Assembly (NCBI GenBank): GCA_964624585.1
Contig: CAZUXE010000001.1
Span: forward strand, 39,365-103,364
From: an uncultured bacterium
GTDB taxonomy: Bacteria; Hydrothermota; Tepidihabitantia; B3-TA06
Reading direction: 5' to 3'
Length of the DNA stretch: 64,000 nucleotides
Shown: positions 57,710 to 64,000 of the stretch, in pieces
Position numbering within the stretch: position 1 is the first letter of the stretch
How the letters are laid out: the number at the start of each line of letters is the position of its first letter
The notes under the pieces: model-generated
What the model saw: only the letters and a program-made list of their open reading frames with translations
Told to the model about the DNA's origin: nothing
Databases searched by the model: none
Made by a program: the position numbers and the translations under genes

Positions 57710-59004
57710 CTATCCTCCGCGAGAACCTGAAGGTTGGTCCCCAAAAAATAATTTAATTCAGCGCGAGACGACCAGTATGCGGCCAGAGTCTCAACATAGG
57801 ACCGCTCAGCCGTAGCCAACTCAGCCCCTACCTGCAACAAATCGGCAAGGGACTGCGAACCAAGTTCGTGCCGCTTGGCAGAAAGTCGATATACTTCACG
57901 CGAAAGTTCAAGATTTTTCCCAGCCGCTTCCCAGTTTTTATAAGACACCTCTTGCGCAGCAATGAGAGAGGCAAGCCGCTGACGCCAGACCAACTTCTGT
58001 TGGGCAAAATTGACTATAGCTTCTTTTCGCCTTAAACGCGCTCTATTAATTGCTAAAGCCCTTCCTTTAATATCTATGAAGGAAAAAGACAAGGAAAGAC
58101 CATAAGTTGTTGGCGTATTTTTCCATTGTGATAGATCTGGTATTGGGCCATTTTGAGCAAAATTCTTTGAAGCGTCGAACGACAAAGAAGGTAATATCGT
58201 CCCCCAGGCCCCCCAATACGCTAAATTAGACGATGAAACCTGTTTTTTCAAAACCTCAAAATCGGGATTAGATTCCAACATAGCCATAGATACCACTGTT
58301 GAAGAAAGTGAATCCGGATTTTCTGGCAAAGGTAAATTTTCCACCTTTATATTCTTGTATTCATCAAGACCAAGCAAATCAGCAAAAACACGTTGCTTAT
58401 TTTCTATATCCATATGTGTATTAAGAATTTCTGTCTCAGCTGTCAAAAGAAAGGATTCAGCTCGCAATTTTTCGGCTTTGTTTGCCGCACCAAGTTCAAA
58501 TTTCTTCACAACTATTCTAAAGTTTTCCTGCGCTCGCAATTTCTTTTGCTCGGCGCTTTCCGAAAGCGCCTGCGATTTTGCCAGATTATAGTAGGCTCTT
58601 TCCACGTCTAATATTAATCTAGCTATCTTTTGCCGCGATTGCGCTTGTGCGCTAGCATTGTTTTGGAATCCGCCTAGGAAGCTAAAAATAACTGAAGCGT
58701 CCAAAACCGGCTGAGACAAAGAAACATTGCTTCGCCACATCCCTTTACCTAAACTATCAAGAACCATAGAGTTAGTGGAAGATGACGACCTTAAATTCGG
58801 AAGCAAAGATGCAATTCCTTCCGCCAAACTCTGCAGGCCCTGCTCTTTATCTAGCTTAGCCTTTTCAATGGCTAGACTATTTTCCATAGCATATTCTATT
58901 GCGTCTTCCAAATTGATAGGACTACCGTTTGAGGTTTTTATCCGCGAGGCCTGAACCTGCGTAAATAGTAATGTTGTAAAAATTGTTATGGCAAGACTTT
59001 TAAT
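57706..59004 (-). CDS. TolC-family outer-membrane efflux protein; probable non-ATG (ATT) start at 59004
   Basis: TolC-like paired coiled-coil/beta-barrel repeats. The ORF-track start (TTG at 58911) yields a protein without a signal peptide. The same frame stays open upstream to 59025 and encodes (M)KSLAITIFTTLLFTQVQA|S, with AGGAG 5 nt before the ATT at 59004-59002. Confidence 0.7.
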   Translation of the reverse strand: MKSLAITIFTTLLFTQVQASRIKTSNGSPINLEDAIEYAMENSLAIEKAKLDKEQGLQSLAEGIASLLPNLRSSSSTNSMVLDSLGKGMWRSNVSLSQPVLDASVIFSFLGGFQNNASAQAQSRQKIARLILDVERAYYNLAKSQALSESAEQKKLRAQENFRIVVKKFELGAANKAEKLRAESFLLTAETEILNTHMDIENKQRVFADLLGLDEYKNIKVENLPLPENPDSLSSTVVSMAMLESNPDFEVLKKQVSSSNLAYWGAWGTILPSLSFDASKNFAQNGPIPDLSQWKNTPTTYGLSLSFSFIDIKGRALAINRARLRRKEAIVNFAQQKLVWRQRLASLIAAQEVSYKNWEAAGKNLELSREVYRLSAKRHELGSQSLADLLQVGAELATAERSYVETLAAYWSSRAELNYFLGTNLQVLAEDR

Positions 59005-59250
59005 GTCCTCTCCTAGGTTAATTTTTCAAAATATCCTAAATCTTCACTCTCACATGTCTGTACAAGAATTCCAATAAAAACCCGCACTGGATATAAATTC
59101 TACAAAAATACCGACATATTTATTCATTACTTATAAACATATCACTATGTCTTTATTCCTATATCTTTTAGACGCATTGCTACAATAAAAGTTACAACAA
59201 AGAACTTGCAAGTAAGTTATTAATTGTATGAAGCTCGTAAAAATGAGGAA

Positions 59251-59276
59251 GGGGCGGTTCGCAACCGCCCCTTTTA
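59251..59276 (-). terminator. Intrinsic terminator hairpin downstream of the PorV-like gene
   Basis: ggggcggtt-cgc-aaccgcccc perfect 9-bp stem. T-rich tract on both sides. Confidence 0.55.
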
Positions 59277-59303
59277 GGATTTTTAGCTAATTTATCAAGA
59301 GTC

Positions 59304-60389
59304 CTAGAACTCTATCCCCAACGAAGCTCTATGAACAGGACTAAGATACCAATGCCATTCAAAACTGTAATCGACAGCGACTTTGTAGCCACTGACCGGT
59401 ATTCTTACGCCAAGTCCAGCCGATGGACCACGACTATTACGATTGGAAAGAACCTCACGCATAATCAGTCCGACATCGGGAGTTGACGCTTGATTTGCAT
59501 CTTTATCGCTCTTCAGGTTTGGAGCGGTATTAAGACCAAAACCAGTTCGCAGGAAGAACATCTCGTTAAGAGCGTATTCTAAACCTATGGCGCCTTTTGC
59601 CGATTGATCTCCCAGATGTACGAAATCAGCCTCAAGAGTAAGCCGGGAAGGAGAACCTTCAACAAGGTCTATAGCCAATCCGCCTGCAAATGTGAAAGGA
59701 AGCCGGAAAGGCTCAGATATAAACTCAGCAGGGATATCTTTTTTCTGCAGGGTATCTTTTTTCGTATTAAAGCCCAGGGTATTACCCTTGTAAGCCATAT
59801 CAGGACCGAAGTTCTGTAATACGAATCCCAATCTGAGATTATTAATACCGATATTGTACACTGCACCAACATCAACAGCCCATCCAACGGCAGAAACCTG
59901 ATCAAGGGCCAAGTCAATTGCCTTAATGGTTATTCCCGCGGTAAACTTGTCAGTCATTTGACGGGCATAACTAAGACCTATTGCATAGTTATTTGCAGTG
60001 TAGAAATTACCGGTGCCGTTTTGTCTCTCTATTGTTGTTACCTCTATCGGGCCGGAAAGGTGCGCCAGCGCCTGTATTCCTATAGCTCCTGTTGGTCCTG
60101 CAGGAAATACAACACCCAGATTCTCTTCAAGCATTCCTGCAAAAAGAATAGCCTGACCAAACGAAGCGCTAGGGGTTTTGACAGAAGCAATCCCGGCAGG
60201 ATTCCAGTAAAGAGCGTCGGGACCGTTAGCCATTGCTGTGTAGGCGCACCCCATGCTGATAGGACGAGCGCCGCCGCCCATAGTCAGGAAGGACGCAGAG
60301 GAACCTGCCCCACCCAGACGGGCAGCAAGAGGAGTGCACAAAGCTGCCAGCACGAGGAGGCCAACTGTAAGTAGTCTTTTGCTTTTCAT
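59304..60389 (-). CDS. PorV/FadL-like outer-membrane beta-barrel protein (T9SS-associated family)
   Basis: Signal peptide. N-terminal signature GGGARPISMGCAYTAMANGPDALYWNPAGIA shared by PorV/PorQ and FadL-type barrels. C-terminal Phe. Sits 11 nt downstream of a large T9SS cargo gene. Confidence 0.55.
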   Translation of the reverse strand: MKSKRLLTVGLLVLAALCTPLAARLGGAGSSASFLTMGGGARPISMGCAYTAMANGPDALYWNPAGIASVKTPSASFGQAILFAGMLEENLGVVFPAGPTGAIGIQALAHLSGPIEVTTIERQNGTGNFYTANNYAIGLSYARQMTDKFTAGITIKAIDLALDQVSAVGWAVDVGAVYNIGINNLRLGFVLQNFGPDMAYKGNTLGFNTKKDTLQKKDIPAEFISEPFRLPFTFAGGLAIDLVEGSPSRLTLEADFVHLGDQSAKGAIGLEYALNEMFFLRTGFGLNTAPNLKSDKDANQASTPDVGLIMREVLSNRNSRGPSAGLGVRIPVSGYKVAVDYSFEWHWYLSPVHRASLGIEF

Positions 60390-60400
60390 TTCTACCTCCT

Positions 60401-63400
60401 CTAATTAGATTTAACAATGGCAAACTTGCCTGTCGCTTGTTTACCATCTTTGGTTTTAACCTGCCATATATACAAGCCGTTGGAACAATCAAGGCCTTCA
60501 CTGGTCAACAGATTCCAGTCTTCGGATCCTGCTGAACCCAGAAGACCTGTTCCATCATGCTCTATAGTTCTTATAAGCAATCCGGCGGAATTGAATATGC
60601 GTATAGTACATGTCTGAGGCAAGTTCTGGAAGATAACGTGTCTGGCGTATTTATTTTCGTCCCAGGGAGCGGTAATGTAGTACGGATTAGGAACCACACG
60701 AACCGAATCAAGGGTGCGTACATCCTGCGCTGTATCGTATTCCACAGGAATCGTTGTAAAACGACATCTATCGCCAGCTACGGTAGCCTTAAGGGTCTTA
60801 ATCAAGAACTGGTCACCCTGTTGCGGCAATATAGCGTTAGGATTCTGTTTATACACAAAGGAATCTATAAGGAACGTATCCCCTGAAGCTGTCCTGAAAG
60901 TATCAATAAGAAGAAGCGTATCTTTGAAAGTTATTTCAAACTCTTTGCTTCCGGGTTGAATTTTATCCTTGTATATGAAGAGTTTATCGCCGTGATCAAG
61001 TACATCGTCCTTGTTCAATCCTTTAGCGCTCTTACCGTGGGACCAAAGCAGTGCAAATTTACCGCTTCCGCCACCGTAACGGGAAACAGTAATTGGCATA
61101 GTCTTGCCCTTATCATCTTTCCCGGGAGCCACAGTTATCAAGTAGTCATGTGTATAGGGAACAGCGCCGCCAGCGGTTTGAGGGAAACCTACATTCCAGT
61201 TTAGGGTAGTGGTTGACTTGAGCCATCCTGTATGTAGAGTGTCTATTAATGTATCCAAATCAAGGGTATCAACCGATACACCAGCTATCTGAATCTTAAC
61301 ACCATCTACAACAGGGCCGCTTTCAACTCCGGAATGCAGAAGGAATGTATCAACATTAGATTTACTAGCAGGATTTGTAATATCCTTAATATAAGCATAC
61401 TTTACCGCATTATTCGTATCAGCAAAGAAACCTACTTCGTATTCGTCTCCTGTAACCTGATCCGGCGAAACAACACTAACATTTACAAAAGCATTTCCTC
61501 TACTGGATACCCACTTAAGATTGCTGACATCTGATTTCTGCCATCCTAGAGGATTAGAGCGCGGAACAGCCCAATAAGTTTTTCCTGTTTTACCGCCTTC
61601 AAGAGAACTTACATTTTCCAAAGGCTGAGAACGAGAGTACGAAGTTACTGAATAATAGTAAACTTTGCCATTGTCGACCTTTTCATCAACATAATAATGT
61701 TTAAGACCGGTCTGACCACTAAGTTGTTCTGCTGCATAAGTCTTGACAGTAAATTTAGCACCTGAAATAGGAGTAACGATATCTCCCTTTTCAGGATGCT
61801 TGTCTTCCAGAATCGTAATTTGAGCACCGTCAATGAATATAACGTCACCAGGTTTGTAAGGATAGTAATCCTGACCATCTGTACCACCTGATGTTGGGGT
61901 AGAATTAGTTACAGCTGTAACGTGAGCAATAGCATCAACAAGCTTAGTAATTGTACCTGAAGAAACATTACCGCTGCTTCCGCCAGCTATCGCCTTAATT
62001 GCAACATCTGCAGTTCCGTTCCCAACAACAGAAGCTTCCGCAGTGGTCTCAAAAGTAACTGGCGATTTGTTTGTAATGGTAGAATCCGTAGATACCTTTG
62101 TACCCTTAGGAATAACGGTTGTATCGGTAGAATCGGCAGTTACAGTAAAAGTAACCGTTCCGGTAGCATTAACTGAACCTGGAATTTTAACAACTTTGCC
62201 GTCTATCGTATCAAGAACACAGTAGCCGCCTTCTTTAAGAGCCTCTTCGTTATAGCTTAATTGTTTCTGATCACCAATGTTATATATAAGGTAGTAAAGA
62301 TTACCGGAAACAGGATCTTTTTTGAAAGTAAGTGTATAAGTGTTGTTGCCAAACCCTATTTTTGCAAGGTCAGCACTCGGATGGAATCCAAGAAACTTTC
62401 CTACCGCTGTGGAAGGCCCAACTGTATGGTCAACAATTACGGTATCCGGATTCTTTGAATCAGCCAAATCATAATCTGCAAGCAAGTCCCAAGTTTCTGC
62501 AAGACCTGAAAGACTTCTGTAAACACGGTAACCTTCAAAAGTAGGCTGATGACTCATAGGATCAATGTAACCTTCAGGACTGCTACTCCAATTAAGATAG
62601 ACTTTACCATTACCTGGAATTACGTTTAATTGAGGATTCGGTGGAGGAGCGTATCCGAAATAGCCGTTGTTGAACTGAATTTTTGCAGCTTTCGCTTTCT
62701 CCTGAAGTTCATCTAGCGAATAGGCCACTATAACCGCGATGGTCACGTTAATCTCTTCTCCAGCCTTAAGCACATCATAGGGACCACAGTTCAGAAGCAT
62801 ACGCACATCATTAGGGTTCTGCCAGGTGTTAAATTGAGTGGAAGCCATGTAGACATACTTCAAGCTATCATGAGCATCTAAATCAATATCAGAACCATTC
62901 TGCCATGTTTCAAAACCAGTCAAGCCTATATCGCCTGGAGTATCAAGAAGAACCGCGCCAATGTAACCTGCTGGTGTTACCCAGCCTGGTTCAGCGCCAT
63001 CGGAATCATAGGTATAGCCCATGTTCAATTCCTTATCGAAACCAATAAGGTCATCCCAGGCGGCAGGATCCCCTGGACTGGTTCCGCCAGCTGCCTGTCC
63101 TATGTCATTATCCATAAAGAAGGAGACATATATATCTTCAAGATCGAACTCATTCATATTCTTAATCTTATAGTTTATGAATATGTATGAATCGTTGTAC
63201 TCGTAGTTCCAGGCATAGGTGCGCTGCTCTATCCTTAAGCCTTGTCCCCAAACGTCATATACTCCACCGCCTGAATTACGTACCCAAATTGTAGTAGCGT
63301 CTTTTGCAGGAATCCAGTCACCGGCACGGGCATAGGAATCCTGCATGGAGATTATATCACCATTTGCAGGAGAAACCTCTGGCATATGTATTTTTCTGCG

Positions 63401-63997
63401 CAAAGGATTGATAGCTGCACTATCCACAAAAGGCCATTTTACCTGATAGCTAAGCGGTGTAGTTCCAGGAAGCGCAAACAGCCTCTGTTCTTCACCGGTA
63501 AAACCAAAACCCTTGGGGATAGTCATGTCGCTAAAGTAAAGACCGGCAGCGCTAATATCACCCATACCGCCGCCATCTTTCATCCGCGGTTCGGCCATAG
63601 CGCCCATATCAGTATAAAATGCAGTTTTACTTACGTTAGGCTTGCGTTCTTCACCGTTTCCAGTCGGGTACATACTGCCGACCCATAGTCCCCAAGCCCA
63701 ACAGTAATACTGCTCTGCTCCCTTTGGATATTCGGCATTATGTCCTGGAGCTGATGCTCGTAAAGCAACTGATCTTCGAGGATACTCACCTCTATATTCA
63801 TGCTTATCCGCGAGATGCCTGGGAAATACGCCACCTTGCAAGGTATTACTTACAAGAAAATCAGAAAGATTTCCGGCGTCAACCCACCATATTCTCCAAA
63901 AATCAGCGGGTTCATCGCTTTCTTTAGCGCCACTTAGCAGGCTCACCCGACGCGGCTGACGTCTTGAGTTAACCTCCAGCTGTTGGGAATCACTCAT
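60401..63997 (-). CDS. Very large secreted T9SS-sorted protein (>=1198 aa), N-terminus probably beyond the window edge
   Basis: C-terminal type-A CTD (VVPNPYYI..., IRIFNSAGLLIRTI..., NGLYIWQVKTKDGKQATGKFAIVKSN). FN3-like motif (GYRVYRS). No signal peptide after the ATG 3 nt from the window end, so the true start is probably upstream. Confidence 0.5.
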   Translation of the reverse strand: MSDSQQLEVNSRRQPRRVSLLSGAKESDEPADFWRIWWVDAGNLSDFLVSNTLQGGVFPRHLADKHEYRGEYPRRSVALRASAPGHNAEYPKGAEQYYCWAWGLWVGSMYPTGNGEERKPNVSKTAFYTDMGAMAEPRMKDGGGMGDISAAGLYFSDMTIPKGFGFTGEEQRLFALPGTTPLSYQVKWPFVDSAAINPLRRKIHMPEVSPANGDIISMQDSYARAGDWIPAKDATTIWVRNSGGGVYDVWGQGLRIEQRTYAWNYEYNDSYIFINYKIKNMNEFDLEDIYVSFFMDNDIGQAAGGTSPGDPAAWDDLIGFDKELNMGYTYDSDGAEPGWVTPAGYIGAVLLDTPGDIGLTGFETWQNGSDIDLDAHDSLKYVYMASTQFNTWQNPNDVRMLLNCGPYDVLKAGEEINVTIAVIVAYSLDELQEKAKAAKIQFNNGYFGYAPPPNPQLNVIPGNGKVYLNWSSSPEGYIDPMSHQPTFEGYRVYRSLSGLAETWDLLADYDLADSKNPDTVIVDHTVGPSTAVGKFLGFHPSADLAKIGFGNNTYTLTFKKDPVSGNLYYLIYNIGDQKQLSYNEEALKEGGYCVLDTIDGKVVKIPGSVNATGTVTFTVTADSTDTTVIPKGTKVSTDSTITNKSPVTFETTAEASVVGNGTADVAIKAIAGGSSGNVSSGTITKLVDAIAHVTAVTNSTPTSGGTDGQDYYPYKPGDVIFIDGAQITILEDKHPEKGDIVTPISGAKFTVKTYAAEQLSGQTGLKHYYVDEKVDNGKVYYYSVTSYSRSQPLENVSSLEGGKTGKTYWAVPRSNPLGWQKSDVSNLKWVSSRGNAFVNVSVVSPDQVTGDEYEVGFFADTNNAVKYAYIKDITNPASKSNVDTFLLHSGVESGPVVDGVKIQIAGVSVDTLDLDTLIDTLHTGWLKSTTTLNWNVGFPQTAGGAVPYTHDYLITVAPGKDDKGKTMPITVSRYGGGSGKFALLWSHGKSAKGLNKDDVLDHGDKLFIYKDKIQPGSKEFEITFKDTLLLIDTFRTASGDTFLIDSFVYKQNPNAILPQQGDQFLIKTLKATVAGDRCRFTTIPVEYDTAQDVRTLDSVRVVPNPYYITAPWDENKYARHVIFQNLPQTCTIRIFNSAGLLIRTIEHDGTGLLGSAGSEDWNLLTSEGLDCSNGLYIWQVKTKDGKQATGKFAIVKSN

Positions 63998-64000
63998 CCT

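Overview
This is a gene-dense bacterial window of about 45 credible CDS and one tRNA. Four proteins end in a type-A T9SS C-terminal sorting domain and there is a PorV/FadL-like outer-membrane protein, so the source is probably an FCB-superphylum (Bacteroidota-like) organism with a type IX secretion system. No mobile elements, CRISPR arrays or rRNA were seen.

The housekeeping backbone comprises wza/wzz-like polysaccharide export genes, smc-ftsY, glmM-glmS, recA-recX-alaS-scpB, lexA and a MacAB-TolC-type efflux operon.

The features most worth a second look are:
- a self-contained rbcL-prk operon: a short form-III-like RuBisCO with all catalytic residues, plus a class-II phosphoribulokinase;
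- a six-gene periplasmic operon built around a thioester-containing alpha-2-macroglobulin, partnered with a monofunctional PBP-like transpeptidase, a SpoIID/LytB-like protein and an HExxH...EGLA peptidase instead of the usual PBP1c;
- a highly acidic zinc-ribbon mini-protein (LysW-like architecture) driven by a consensus sigma70 promoter;
- a TolC gene whose signal peptide is reachable only through a non-ATG (ATT) start;
- an ArsR-permease-thioredoxin-CcdA redox cluster;
- several well-formed intrinsic terminators, one of them orphaned between divergent promoters.

All calls are based on motifs read directly from the provided sequence and translations. No database searches were run.
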